A DNA stretch of 63,360 bases, filler included, from 20 parts of 20 records of this genome joined end to end with filler, not necessarily neighbours in it, one strand, 5' to 3'. Numbered from the whole stretch's first letter, positions 23,153-36,692 are shown. Numbers and translations: made by a program. The notes: a model not told the origin generated them from the sequence alone.

Positions 23153-24483
23153 AATTTGATACTGCCCCATTTTTGAATACCATCATACGTTTGTATTTTA
23201 CTGAGAATTCTGCTGGTATATTTGTCTGCAAGAAACTGGCCTAGTCTTAAAGGAAGAGAGCCTTTATGGTTTAGCTCGAGTAGGTCCAGATTGTTATCAA
23301 TGTCGATGAGTTGTTCTGTAAGACAATCGATTGTAATTTGCATTTCATTCTCGCAGAAGTTTTTATTCAGTAGGGACAAGCGTTGTTTGAGTGTGTCCAT
23401 GATGGCTGTTTTGTTAATGGGGAGCGCTACATGTTTGTTGTGTGAAAAGAAACTGGCTTTTTGATTCCTATGTATGGTTGCATGTTTGTGAGATTGCAAA
23501 ACACGTACCCTTTGGCAATGCAACTTGTAATATTGTCGAAAGACACTTTTCCCTGCATGATCAGATGGGCTGATGCGGATATTTCTGGCAGGTGTAAGGC
23601 CAGGTGCATCAGGTGCTGGTATTGGGCGATGCTTTAGGTATCTTGGGTTGCAGTGCACAGAGGCGTGTGCGTGTTGGTGTTCAATTTCTGGACCTGCACG
23701 TAATGTTTGCGTGCTGGATTCAGAAGTGGTGATGTTTGGGACTATTGTTTGTGCTTCTGTCTCACAAGGGTCGGTTTGGGTGATCTGATGTGCGATATCT
23801 GTGGTTTGGTTTGCTTCAGTTTGTGTTTCCATCTCACAGTTGGGGGGATCGGGTTTGAAGATTTGATATGTGAGATGGATGGTTTGTGATCTATCTGTTT
23901 GCGTGCCTGTGTCTGTGATAGGGACGATTTGTCTGCATGCGATTTTTTTGCTGGATTTAGGGCCTGGTGTTTGACGTGTTTGCGTGTCTGCGTCAAAGTA
24001 GACGTTGCCAGCCTGTCTGGAACGATCTACTGTATATCTAGGGTTAAAAGCAATTTCACCAGGTGGGGAGAATGGGGAATACACCAGCTTTGGGAAGTCG
24101 GAGTCATCCAAGCGTGGTGGTGGGGTGCCAGTGGAAGTGCTTTGACTGCGTGCACTGCCACGAGTGGGGGTCCAATTTGCGTCTTTGAAGAAGTTTTGTT
24201 TGAGGGACGCGACTGTATTGGGACCAGAATTGGTAAGTTGCATGCGCTTCTCAAGTTTGTGGGAACGCACAAAGAGTCCTGCATCAAGGCTGCTGATGGC
24301 GGCTTCATGTATGGGAAAGATAGTCCCATCATTAGCGATGATGGTAAAGTTGACTAGGTTGTGATTGGTGTCACCCACCTCCTCAATGTGAGCAATGGGG
24401 ATATTATGTACCATAAGGGGTGCATACCTGTTGGTACTGATTTGCTGTGTCGGTTGTAAAGTTTTTCCAAGGACTGAGTACAT
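23153..24483 (-). CDS. Unknown protein with a central TQT-repeat region, 3'-truncated
   Basis: Intronless ORF of more than 440 codons from ATG 24483, flanked 5' by AT-rich non-coding DNA. No family recognised. Confidence 0.5.
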
Positions 24484-25395
24484 GTTTGGTCTCTATGAAT
24501 TGCAAGTAGTTTATAGATTTGTTTAAATGATATAAGTTTTTGGAGTGGTGTTTACAAAATGTCACAGAAAACAAATACAATTTATAAATGAGAGATATAA
24601 AAATAATAATATTTCTTACTTACATAAAAAAGGTGGAAATAATACAAAACTTTTCACAAATATAAATATAAAACAAACTTTCAAAAACACTTGCCTTCAA
24701 ACTAGACTATAACAAATATATAACAAATAACAATCCTGGATATAATTCTAGCTTTACGTAACGGACGTCTTTGTCCTTCTAGGAGCCTCGAATAACTATG
24801 ATAGCCAATAAATTTTTCCTGCCTTATATACAGTGTGTGAACAATGGTAACCGAATTCTGAGAAAGTTTGGACATAATTGGTATACAGTTTGCTTAAATA
24901 TGTTGAAATGTTTGCTAGGGAGGTGAGATAATTGCCATCCACAAAGTGGGAGTCGCCCGGTGGTCATCTATTGTCCTGCAGTCAAACAGCAGGCCCCCAA
25001 TCCGTAGGTCCGCAACCGATGGTCACTTCAAAGGATGTGCCGCCCGTGGTGTCTGACCAGCTGTAGCCGTCGGTGTACCCTTGAAGTGTGGTCGCTGCCG
25101 TAGGTGTGTGGTCACTGTGTGGAGGTCCAGGTGTGAGCAACTCCCAAGGTGTGAATAACAGTAGAAGATGAGTGTGAAAAAGCGGCTTGTTTGTGGAAGT
25201 TTTCGTAGAAATAGTTTGCGAGATTTTAAAGAACAATGAGATAGATATTTTTCATGGAAACAAAGTGTGAGATTTTAAGAACAATAAGATATTTCNNNNN
25301 NNNNNNNNNNNNNNNNNNNNNNNNNNNNNNNNNNNNNNNTTAATTAATTAANNNNNNNNNNNNNNNNNNNNNNNNNNNNNNNNNNNNNNNNNNNN

Positions 25396-28300
25396 AGTTT
25401 CGCAACAAGGTGAAGACAAATCTTAACAAAAAATATACAAAAAACGATGTTTTTCGCAACAAGGTGAAAGCCAATCAAAGTCAACAGCATTCAGTGAAGA
25501 AGCAGCAAAAAGGCAATTTTGAACAAGCGAAACACTTGTTTACAGAAGCTGTTTCACAGGGACCTGAGTGGGTGTGTACGTGTTGTAATAGATCGCTGTT
25601 CAAAAATCAAGTTAGAAAGTGTTCACCAGAGAAGTTTAGCGAGACAATAAAATATCTTTGTATTACTTATACATATGTGCATAACTGCGATATGGCTTGT
25701 AGTTCAGATTGTTTCATGAAGGATGGTCCGAAAAGTAATCTATGGGTTTGTCACACATGTCACTCTTATATGTCGAAAGATTCTCTTCCTCCCAAAGCAG
25801 TTGCTAACCGTTTGTCTCTTGACCCTATACCAAGTGAACTTGAAATATTAAATACACTAGAAAGACAGCTGATAGCACTTCGTCTGCCTTTCAGCAAGAT
25901 AATAAATCTTCCATGTGGTGGTCAACCAGGCGTCAAGGGTCCTGTTGTGTGTGTTCCAGCCGACGTACAAAAGACTAGAAGTGCTCTTCCAAGACCTTTA
26001 CATGAATCACAAATTGTTGGTGTAAAATTAAAGCGCAAACTCCAGTACACTGGTCATGTTCAGTACAAAATGGTGAGCATTAGCAATGTAGAAAAAGCAT
26101 TTGATAAGTTAAAAGAGCTGGAAAACCCCATTTATCACAACATTAATTTCAATGATACATGGGCATCTGAAAGTGTTGATAATGACTTAAATGAGTTGTT
26201 GAACGATGATAAACGTTTAGATTGTTCCCCAACAACTTTGGAAGAAGCTGAAAATGTTAGTATACACGCTGATGAGGAAGCAGTTGACCAAACAGAGCAA
26301 GAAAAAGAAAGAACAGGTGGAGTAGGACATGATACTTTCCTTCAACCATTGGATTTGGCTTCTGAGGTCTTGTCTCGCTTAGACGAATATGTCATATCTG
26401 TTGCGCCAGGTGAAAATCAAAAGCCCGTAAGTATTTTAAAAGATGATGAAGGTGAAGCTAAATCATTCCCGGTACAGTTTCCTAGAGCCCAGAATACATA
26501 CGATGTTCCAAGAAAGGTAAATTTGTCGAGAGGAGAATACTACAACACACGGTTGTTTGGGGCTGATTTAAGATTTGCAGAAGATTCCCAATACATATTT
26601 TACGCCCAGTATGCAACTGAATTGGAACGAATGTTGTCAGGTATATCGATTGCTATGCGCAAAGGCTCGGGAAGAACTAATAATGGTCAAAAAATAACTG
26701 CCAACATGTTAGCCAGTAAGGAAAATCTTGAGAAATTTCTAAAATCAAACGATGGCTTTAGATATATGCGGTCTGTTAGAGGGACACCGGAATATTGGAA
26801 ACAGACCATGTCGGAACTTTTTGCAATGATAAGACAGCTAGGCACGCCAACATTGTTCTGTACCTTTAGTGCAGCTGAATTATCCCGCTGGCCCGAAATA
26901 GTGGAGACGATTTCGAAACAGCAAGGCAAGAGGGTTATCTTTGAAGATCTTTCTTGGGAAGAACGATGTGAAATATTAAGAAGTAATCCAGTTACTGCTG
27001 CAAGAATGTTTGACCAACGAGTGAATGCTTTGATTAGAGACATAATCCGTAGTTCTGCAAATCCGTTGGGAGATGTGACAGATTTTTTCTATCGTGTTGA
27101 ATATCAACAGAGAGGAGCACCACACATTCATTGTTTGTTTTGGATAAAGGATAGTCCCAAAATTGAAAATGAACAGGATATGGTAAAACTAGCTGATGAA
27201 CTCATTTCTTGCGAATTGCCAAATGAAGATGACGATCCAGAGCTATTTGAGATAGTTAAATCAGTCCAAGTGCACAGTCAAAAACACTCAAGATCTTGCA
27301 AGAAAGGAAACAAAATATGCAGATTCAATTTTCCAAGACTGCCTGCAAAAGATACATTCATTCTGACACCGTTGGAAAATGATAATTCAGAAACAATGTC
27401 ACTGAAAACAGCAAAGGAATGTTTAGAAAAGCTTTCGTTACTTCTAACTGATAAAGTAGAGTTAGGTAAACTGCCCTCTCTGAGTATAGATGCCGCACTT
27501 TATGCAGCTGGATTTGCCAATTATGAAGAATACATATTGGCCTTGAGAAAATTAACAAAGAAGAAAACCATCGTATATAAGAGAGATATTAAGGATATCT
27601 GGGTGAATCCATACAATCCGTCTCTTTTGCGTATCTGGAATGCCAATATTGATGTGCAAGTTGTAACTTCACCGTACGAATGTGTGATGTATATTTTGTC
27701 ATATATAAGCAAAGGCGAACACGAACTTAGTGAGTATCTAAAAGCAGCACAGCAAGAGCTTAGGGAAGAAGGCAGCAGTACAGATTTACGAAATAATATG
27801 AAGAAACTTGGTTTTCTCTATTTTGAGAATAGAGAAGTTAGTGTTCAGGAAGCCATTGCTAGAGTATGTGGATTGAAATTGAAACGGTGCTCTAGGGACA
27901 CAATATTCATATCAACTGACGAAAACTGCACTCGAATGAGCTTGCCTCTTAAAGAAATCAAACGAAGAGCTGAAGAGAATGGAGATACGGACGACATATG
28001 GATGTCAAATATTTATGATAAGTATAAAGCAAGGCCAAAATCTGAGGAATTTCATAAAATGTGTTTAGCAGATTTTGTATCGAATTTTCGAAGAATTTCA
28101 GCAAAAGAAGGTGAGAAAGGTGAAAGAAATAGCAATCCTAATGTTTTCAAACTGGATGGGAAACATGGTTTTATCATGAGGAGAACTAGAAGCAACTGTG
28201 CTGTAATAAGGTATCCTAGATTCTCTCCGACAAAGGACACAGAAAAACACTTTATGTCAATATTAAAACTATTCCTACCACATTTTTATGAGATTCAACT

Positions 28301-28817
28301 TAAATGTGCGGAGAATGGCATGTATGAAAATTTTTACAATGAGGGGACTGTGAGAATTTTTCACGGAGAGCCAATAAAAAGAGTGAAACAAATCGTTGAT
28401 GAAAATAGAGGAAGATATGAGTCATCACAACAAGATATTGAGGAGGCGTTTGAACAGCTCTTGGCCAATGGTCCAATGGAAGATGCGTGGGCTCAGGTCG
28501 CACCTCAGGCCTAAATAGAAAGAATACAAGCAAGAAATGAAATACAGAAGAACGACGTGGAGTTGGAAATAAATGAAGATGATATCCCTGATCTTCAAGA
28601 TACTGTACACAACGCTGCCATACCATCGCTGTTATCTGTTGATCTTATATCTGAGTCCGTTCGACCTTTACTTCGTACAATGAATAAAGATCAAGAAAAA
28701 GTGTTTTACCATGTTCGTGACTGGTGTCTCAATTACAGTCAGGGAAATGATCCTGCACCATTTTATATACACGTCAGTGGCATGGGAGGAACGGGTAAAA
28801 CTCATATGATGAAGTGT
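25396..28817 (+). mobile_element. Helitron/Helentron-type Rep(HUH)-helicase gene with one nonsense codon, truncated in the helicase
   Basis: N-terminal CTCC...CHTC. Rep motifs AMIRQLG.PTLF.TFSAAE, RVEYQQRGAPHIH and YILSYISK. TAA at 28512-28514 is followed in frame by Pif1 Walker A GMGGTGKT. An 18-aa repeat (FRNKVK...) sits at the 5' edge. Confidence 0.9.
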
Positions 28818-28917
28818 NNNNNNNNNNNNNNNNNNNNNNNNNNNNNNNNNNNNNNNNNNNNTTAATTAATTAANNNNNNNNNNNNNNNNNNNNNNNNNNN
28901 NNNNNNNNNNNNNNNNN

Positions 28918-28959
28918 ATAAAGAAGAGCATCGCGCTCGTCACACAACTTCCCTCTTTT
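28918..28959 (-). promoter_or_regulatory. Polypurine tract and start of the 3' LTR of the Gypsy element
   Basis: Minus strand reads AAAAGAGGGAAG (28959-28948) followed by tTGTGTGACG, about 140 bp after the pol stop. Confidence 0.7.
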
Positions 28960-29101
28960 GGGAATGATGCTCCGCATCATAATTAAAATTAAACTAGTTG
29001 AACTTTGAATTAATACTTGAATGTGCTCATAGACTTTAAACTTATAATTTAAATACTATTTACATAAATACGGAACAAATACGAAATAAATACGATCCAT
29101 C

Positions 29102-32100
29102 TTAGAGGTCCATGGTCCATCCTGTTGCTGTCAATCCACATCCGGCCATCGTCACAAAATCATGGAAACGACTTGGCTTCTTCACGCATCTTCCACTTCG
29201 AGTTGTCCTCTGCTGTCCTTGTGGCGGAGCTGCACCTGGTCCCTGCACCATCGGGGCAGGAGCATTGCCTGGTGGAGCATCTGGAATACCCGGAAACTGT
29301 ACCACGCCTTGTCCCTGCACCATCTGGGCATGAGGGTCACCCGGTGGGGGAGCTGGAGCATCAGGAAGCTGCATCTCATCGTGTCCTGGCACAATTTGGG
29401 CAGGAGCATCGCCCTGTGGAGGAACGGGAGCATCTTGTGGCAGAGCTGGAACATCTGGTGGAACCACATCTTCTCCCGGAATCATCTCGGCAGGAGCATT
29501 GCCCACTGGGATAGCTTCGGGTCGTGGACGGCGAACAGCCGGCCGCCTTATGACAACCGGCAAACGCAAATTGACAACAGGATTTGGATTACCTCGCTCT
29601 ACATCACGAGGGTTGGGCATATCAACATTCTGCGTCATGCGATATGCAGTTGCTGGCTTCAGCCTATTATAGTGTACTACTTTACGTTGATTCCCATTTT
29701 CTAGCTGAATTCTGTACACTACTCCAAGCTTGCCATCAGAATCTTTAAGACGCTTTACAATCACGTATGGCCCCACCCAGGGAGGTATCAATTTTCTCAT
29801 TTTGCCCACATTAGACTTCGGTTGGTGCAGCCAGACCAAATCACCCACACTATAGGGTTTGTGTTTAGCAAACCGGTCATAATTACGCTTTTGCTTGGCC
29901 TGTGCTATGCCCGCTGTCTGTCGAACAATTTTGTATGCCTTGTCTAACTGACTATGCAAATGCTTCGCATACCCATTCAAAGTAACTGGCTGCTCATCAG
30001 GTGGAGAGCCAAGTGCAATATCCAGAGGTATTCGGGCTTCCCTTCCATGGGCCAAGTAATAAGGAGAGTACCCCGTACTTTCATGGACACTGGAATTATA
30101 TGCCAACTGGAGCGAACCCAGGTGACGGTCCCAGTCAGCCCCATCAATTGCAACAAACTTTGAAAGCATGTCTTTGAAAGTTCGGTTGAAACGCTCAACC
30201 AGACCATCGGACATCGGGTGATACGGAGTCGTTCGTGTTTTAACAATGTGCAATCGGTCGCACAGTTCAGAAATCAATCTGGACTCAAACTGTTTACCCT
30301 GGTCAGAATGCAAACCTTCCATCACGCCATGGTCGCGGATGTACTCATGAAATATTCTGTCAGCGACAGACACTGCATCCTGAGTTTTCAAAGGATAAAT
30401 GTTGACAAACTTGCTAAAGTAGTCCATCATGACAAGGGCATATCTATTACCAAGGGCAGATAATGGTAGCCCAGTGATATCTATTCCTACCATCTGAAAT
30501 GGATAATCTGCTCGGATGTTAACTAGCGGGGCACGGTGTGCTGGATTTGGGGCACTCCTGGCCTGACATGGCCTACACGACTTGCACCAATCTTTCACTT
30601 GTCTAGTCATACCCGGCCAAAAGAATTTACCTTGGATACGACTGAGAGTACGTGAATATCCCATGTGACCGGACAGAGGATTTTCATGACCAAGGGTCAT
30701 TGCTTGGTCGCGCAAGGTAACAGGCACAATACATTGATAAGTCGCAATTCCGTCGACTTCACTTTTACGACACAATAAACTGTTATGCATAACCAACTGT
30801 CGTCTGATACCATACAAATCCTTAAAATCCTGTGCACCATCAGTCACATCATTCACGTCAACTCGTCCAGTCTTCAAAAATCTCACAACCTTACGCAAAG
30901 TTGGGTCATCTTTTTGACATTTGAGTAATGCATCATTGTCAGTAAATGAGACCGGGGACAAGTGAGCTACAGGGGTTTCATCACCTCCATTATCTAATTG
31001 GGTGGGAGTTGATGATTCATCATTATCATCATAGTTAGTGTGATCATAGTTAGCATTATTTACAACATCTGGGACTGTCACTACATCAACACGTCTCATG
31101 TGGCTAATCTGAGCACCATCAGCAATTGGGGGTTGTGGGACTACTTCTGCGTCAATAGTCTCTACTGGTCGGCGAGATAGTGCATCTGCATTTGTATGGG
31201 CCTTTCCCGCGCGGTGCACTACATCAAAATCATAGGTACTCAGCTCAATAACCCACCTCCCTCTGCGACCAGTCAGATCACTTTCAGTGTTAAGCTTCTG
31301 AACACGTAAAAGGGGTTTGTGATCTGTGACAACAGTGAACTTCTTACCAAACAGATAAGATCTGTAATGTCGCACTGCATAAACAATCGCCCAGAACTCC
31401 TGGTCGAATGTTGCCCATTTCTGCTGTGACTTGGACAACGACTTACTTGTGTAAGAAACCGTGTACTCCTGGCCTCCATACTTTTGGGTCAGGACTGCAC
31501 CAACTGCAACATTAGAAGCGTCAGTGCTAAGTATGAATGACTCATTAAAGTTGGGATACGCCAACAGAGGGGGTGACACTAGAGCAGTACGTAATGTATC
31601 AAACGCATGCTGACAATCATCGGACCAAACAAATCGCGCATTTTTTTCCGTCAAATTTTGCAAAGGAAACGCAATCTTTGCAAAGTTTTTGACAAATTTA
31701 CGGTAGTAGCCTGCCAAACCGAGGAAAGAACGGACTTCCCTAGCAGATTTTGGAACCGGCCAGTCCAAAACCTTCCTAATATTCTCGGGGTCCGGACGAA
31801 CTCCTGTCCGTGACACATGGTGCCCGAGAAAAACAGTGTGATCACATGCAAACTTACATTTCTTAGGCCTGAGCTTAAGATTAGCATTCTCCAGCTTTGT
31901 AAGCACAGAATCTAAGGTGGATAAATGCTCCGGCAGACTTCTACTGTATAGAATTACATCATCAATATAGATGAGGCATGATTGCCAATCTATACCCGAC
32001 AAGGCAGTTTCCATAAGACGCTGGAATGTTGAACCTGAGTTCTTCATTCCAAAGGGCATCACACGGAACCTATGCAAACCAGTTCCGGTGGTAAATGCGG

Positions 32101-32430
32101 ACTTATCTCTGTCGTCCGAGTGCAAACCAACCTGCCAATAACCCGCAGAAACATCGAGTTTTGCAAAGTAGCAAGCCCCCGAAAGGGCATCGATTGTCTC
32201 TTGAATTTTCGGAATCGGATGCGCATCAGAAACAGTAACATCATTAAGATTCCTATAGTCCACGCAAAAGCGAATTTTGCCGTCTTTCTTACGAACCAAA
32301 ACAATATTACTGGACCACGGTCCGTTACATGATTCAACAATTCCATCATGATACATGTCTTCAACCTGCTTGTTAACATATTCTCGTAAGTGCACAGGAA
32401 TTCTACGAGGTTTTTGTTTGATAGGGCGTG
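29102..32430 (-). mobile_element. Gypsy/Ty3 pol (RT, RNase H, integrase), 5'-truncated
   Basis: RFCVDYR.LN, MPFG, YIDD, STDAS, TDHKPL, the HHCC zinc finger, DDE residues (GIDI, HSDQG, VERFN), GPY motif and terminal RSGR..K.P.RF. Confidence 0.95.
29215..29510 (-). repeat. In-frame 72-bp minisatellite encoding Pro/Gly/Ala-rich 24-aa repeats
   Basis: GDAPAQIVPGHDEMQLPDAPAPPP / GDPHAQMVQGQGVVQFPGIPDAPP / GNAPAPMVQG... Confidence 0.8.
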
Positions 32431-32530
32431 NNNNNNNNNNNNNNNNNNNNNNNNNNNNNNNNNNNNNNNNNNNNTTAATTAATTAANNNNNNNNNNNNNN
32501 NNNNNNNNNNNNNNNNNNNNNNNNNNNNNN

Positions 32531-34249
32531 GTTAGGAGACTCCACTCGCCATATGGCTCTCTAGTCCTGTCAAACGTTTTTCCGGAGATTCCAAACAGCG
32601 CTATTGAAGACTATTTTGACAAAGAATTTGGAATAGAAATACGCCAAATAAGACCAATACCGGCTGGATTCAAAGATCCCAAGCTCCGTCATATAATGTC
32701 TTTTCGTAGGGAGATCCGATACTTTAAAGCCGAAGGAAATGCCATCAATTTTCCAGCAGAAATTTTCCTTGAACAAGGAAACGACAGCTACAAAATATAC
32801 TTGTCTGAGCCAGGGAAGCCTATCTGCTTCAGGTGCTTCCAGTTTGGACACATCCAGAGCGCCTGTCCTCAAAGAAGACAACAATTCCTGGGAGAAAAGC
32901 CACACGACAAGCAAAATAATGATGGTAAAAATCATGGTATACGAAGTAAAGATGGTAGAAACTTAACCAATGATAGAGCAGGCAACAATCAGGAAAACGA
33001 AAACGCAAACAACCTCACAAACAAACAGAAAGACAAAGACAGGGACACCAGCAGGCAAGTTTCAACAAATCCAGAAGGTAAAGAAAACAAATCAACCAAC
33101 AACAAAAACGAGACAGTTCACGAACAACGGGAAGAAGTACCAAGCGATACTACCACTCAAGCCACTGATGAAGGTTTCGCAAAAGTACAACGTCACAAGT
33201 CCCAAAAACGAAAAATGAACAGCTCAAATCCGAACGAAATTAACCTCCGTGAGGTAGAATGCAATAATATATACAATCTGCTAGAAGACAGTGAACAACC
33301 AAACAATGCTGATAAACTGGATATGGGTAGAATACCTAGTGAAAGAGAACAGCTAAAGAAAAAAGCGAGGCCTGAAGCTAGATCGCAAGCTGAAAATCCA
33401 CAGAGGAGTGAGAATGAACATGGCTCGGATACCAATGAAGCCATAGGAAGTCACGAACAACCTCATAGTAATCAGTCTGAGCCAACAATTGGGCCTCTGG
33501 CACAACATACTAGCAATGACGGAATAAATGTAAAAAATAATGATGCGTTGCATGAAACCAGAGAACATAGCGAAATACATCAAATGGAAACAAGCGAGCT
33601 ATATTACAGCGTGAGTGATGTGAATGGAACAGCGAAAAATGCAAGCAACAACAATCTAGACGACTCTTCGGTTTGCATTGACATGCTGGGTGATAACGAA
33701 CAGGATGACTTGTTTGGACAAACAGTTACCGATGGCACATCATCAAAAAGTAGTACTCCACTAGGCAAAGAAACAAAGATAACACTGACACAAATACTCG
33801 ACAACGACGAGTTAGGCGAGAATAATGAGGATAACTTCAAAGTGCCAAATACTTCTAAAATGAAACACCAGGATACAACCCAAAGTACTAGTAAGACGGT
33901 AGAGGAAGACATGGAAACAGAAGGATCGGATATGTCTATACATACACAGGAACTCAGTGATGGCTCCATTTCAACCAATGACCCACTACCGAGGGACAAA
34001 CTCAAGGATTTACTAAACCTTACTAAAGGAAAAAGAAAGCGAGATATCTATAAGATCGTGACATCAATGACCGATGACATACCAGGAGTAATCAAGCAGT
34101 TGGAATATGAGAAAAATGTAAAGACAGGAAATGCCTTAGTTACTGGGAACAATAAAAACATTGTAAGAAGAATCAATACATTAATACCTCGTTTAAAAGA
34201 GTTGATAATACAATATGCAGACGAAGAAGCAAGAAAATCTATAGTATAG
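32531..34249 (+). CDS. Tx1/L1-clade non-LTR retrotransposon ORF1, 5'-truncated
   Basis: Frame is open from the fragment start. LRHIMSFRR motif, CCHC knuckle CFRCFQFGHIQSAC and a long low-complexity tail. ORF2 starts 26 bp after the stop. Confidence 0.8.
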   Translation, partial: VRRLHSPYGSLVLSNVFPEIPNSAIEDYFDKEFGIEIRQIRPIPAGFKDPKLRHIMSFRREIRYFKAEGNAINFPAEIFLEQGNDSYKIYLSEPGKPICFRCFQFGHIQSACPQRRQQFLGEKPHDKQNNDGKNHGIRSKDGRNLTNDRAGNNQENENANNLTNKQKDKDRDTSRQVSTNPEGKENKSTNNKNETVHEQREEVPSDTTTQATDEGFAKVQRHKSQKRKMNSSNPNEINLREVECNNIYNLLEDSEQPNNADKLDMGRIPSEREQLKKKARPEARSQAENPQRSENEHGSDTNEAIGSHEQPHSNQSEPTIGPLAQHTSNDGINVKNNDALHETREHSEIHQMETSELYYSVSDVNGTAKNASNNNLDDSSVCIDMLGDNEQDDLFGQTVTDGTSSKSSTPLGKETKITLTQILDNDELGENNEDNFKVPNTSKMKHQDTTQSTSKTVEEDMETEGSDMSIHTQELSDGSISTNDPLPRDKLKDLLNLTKGKRKRDIYKIVTSMTDDIPGVIKQLEYEKNVKTGNALVTGNNKNIVRRINTLIPRLKELIIQYADEEARKSIV

Positions 34250-34275
34250 GCAGCACCATAACATGAAACTCTAGA

Positions 34276-36692
34276 ATGGCAGCCTACAAACTCTTATCCC
34301 TCAATACACATGGAATGGCTCAACTCACTAGAGCCAAGCAGATAACAGAATATCTATCTTTACTACAAGTGGATATAGCCTTCATCCAAGAAACTAACAT
34401 TTCTGATCATCAAAAAGATAATAATAGAATCTTCTGGAATAGTCTTCAATACCAATATCACTTCTTTTCCGTGCCACACAAATTCTCCGGCGTAGGTGTA
34501 GCCATCAACAAAAACAGTGGAATACAATTATTATCAACCACCGAACTCGTTGAAGGAAATCTGCTGTTCGTGTCATATCAGATTAACGAAGAAACTTTTG
34601 CTACATATAATATTTATATGCCTCAAGATGAGACCAGGGCAATTCAAGTTTTGGATACTCTCTACAACCATGCAACCACCATTGACATAGAACATTTGGC
34701 GATTGTTGGTGATTTTAATGTAACTTTAAATCCAATTCTAGACAGACAGAATGGTGCAACAGAACGACGAGTTAAACTACAGAAACGATTAAAGGAAGTA
34801 TGCAATAATTTAAAGCTAACTGACTTGTGGAGAGCGACACACAAAGGAGAAAGACAATATACTTATACCAACAGCAGAGGAAATACAGTCATCAAGGCAA
34901 GACTAGACAGAATGTATGTAACAAAGGAGGTGCAATTAACCGTGCGATCATGTGAAATCGAGGCATGTTGCATGTCTGATCACGAAGCCATCCTAACGAC
35001 ATTCCAGGGAATCAAGAAACGCAAAAATAAGAATGAAAATGGTTACTGGAAATTAAATAACCAGCTTCTAGCAGACAAGGAATTCTGTGAAATAATAACC
35101 AAGCTCATACAACACTGGATACAAGAAAAAGAACACTACAGACACAATCTAAGAGAATGGTGGGAAATATTCAAGGTAAAGATGAAATCAGTCGCAATTA
35201 GCTATCAAACACTGAAGATTAAGGATGACCAACAAAATGTTCGGAACCTGCAGGAACAGCTTAACGACATTGTCAAAAGGGGATTAAGCCAGCCAGATGA
35301 TAAACAAAGATACAAAGAGAAAAAACAAATCCTGAGCCAGATCTTTAAAAAGAATGCGCAAACAGCTTTGGTACATTCAAAATTTAAACACTTGAACGAA
35401 GTTGACAAGCACACCCAATACTTCTACTCTCTAGAAAAGGAAGCCAAACCAACACAACAGATAAGAAATATGGAGATGCAAGACAAAACAATCACTGACA
35501 ATCCGCATCAGATAAGACAGCACATAGTAGACTTCTATACGAAGCTATACCAGAAGGAGCATGTATCTGAAGAAGCCTTAACTGAGATACTGGATGATGT
35601 GCCACAATTATCACTTGAACAAAAAGAAAACATGGACAAGCCCATCTCCTTATCAGAGTTTAGCAATGCTGTAAGATCAGCTAAGAAGAATTCGTCCCCT
35701 GGAATGGATGGTATAACTTATGAGTTTTATCAGAAGTTTTGGGATCTACTTGGTGAGCACGTGCTGGAAGTATTCAAGGAAGTAATTGACAAAGGAGAAC
35801 TATCACAATCTATGAAAATTGCCATAATTATCCTCATCCTCAAGAAGATGAGTGATCACAGGAAAATAGAAAACTTCAGACCAATCTCGTTACTTAATAC
35901 AGACTTTAAAATATTCACGAAGATCTTAGCGAACAGAATGAAAACAGTCCTCCACTTTATAGTACACCACGATCAATCATGCAGCGTAAAGGGCCGGAAA
36001 ATTCATGATAACATCAATCTGTTAAGAGACACTCTATTCTATGCAAACGAAGAGAAAATCAACCTAATACTAATAGCTTTGGATCAGGAAAAAGCATTCG
36101 ATCGCGTCGAACATACCTACCTTTACAAGACATTAGAAAAATTCGGTTTTGGAACCTATTTCATCAGATGTATAAAGACAATCTACAACAACGTAATCAG
36201 TTACATCAAACTACCAAGTGGACTTGCTGGGCCAATTTTGTTTCAGAGAGGAATACGGCAAGGAGACAGTCTCAGCATGATGCTGTATGTCATGTGCATA
36301 GAGCCGCTGCTACGTATGCTTCGTAAGCATCTCCAAATCCATGGTTTACCGGTTCCAGGTTACAATGAGACGCTTGTCACTAGTGCCTACGCTGATGACG
36401 TGACAATTATTTTGACCGACATTCACGGTATTGATATAACAAGAAATGTCTACAACTGTTTCGAACAGGCATCTGGGTCAAAGCTGAACGAAGGGAAAAC
36501 AAAAGGCCTCTGGTTTGGTAATTGGGAACATACAGAAAATCCTCTGAGCATACAATGGAATATGAATGGACTGGAAATATTAGGGGTGAAATTTGGAACC
36601 AAGGAATACATGAACTCCAACTTCACGGAACTAGATGAGAAGATAACCAAAGCACTGGATAGATGGAAAGGAATTGGGAAGATGCTCTCCTA
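34276..36692 (+). CDS. Tx1/L1-clade ORF2 (AP endonuclease + RT), 3'-truncated
   Basis: SLN..G, IQET, GDFN, RLDR.Y, SDH, GYWKLN, SPG.DG, RPISLLN.D.KI, LDQEKAFDRV, GIRQGD and YADD. Confidence 0.93.

Noticed and set aside
24982-25236. 84-aa ORF upstream of the TQT-repeat ORF
   Set aside because: It has a non-ATG start within AT-rich repeated sequence and no motif support.
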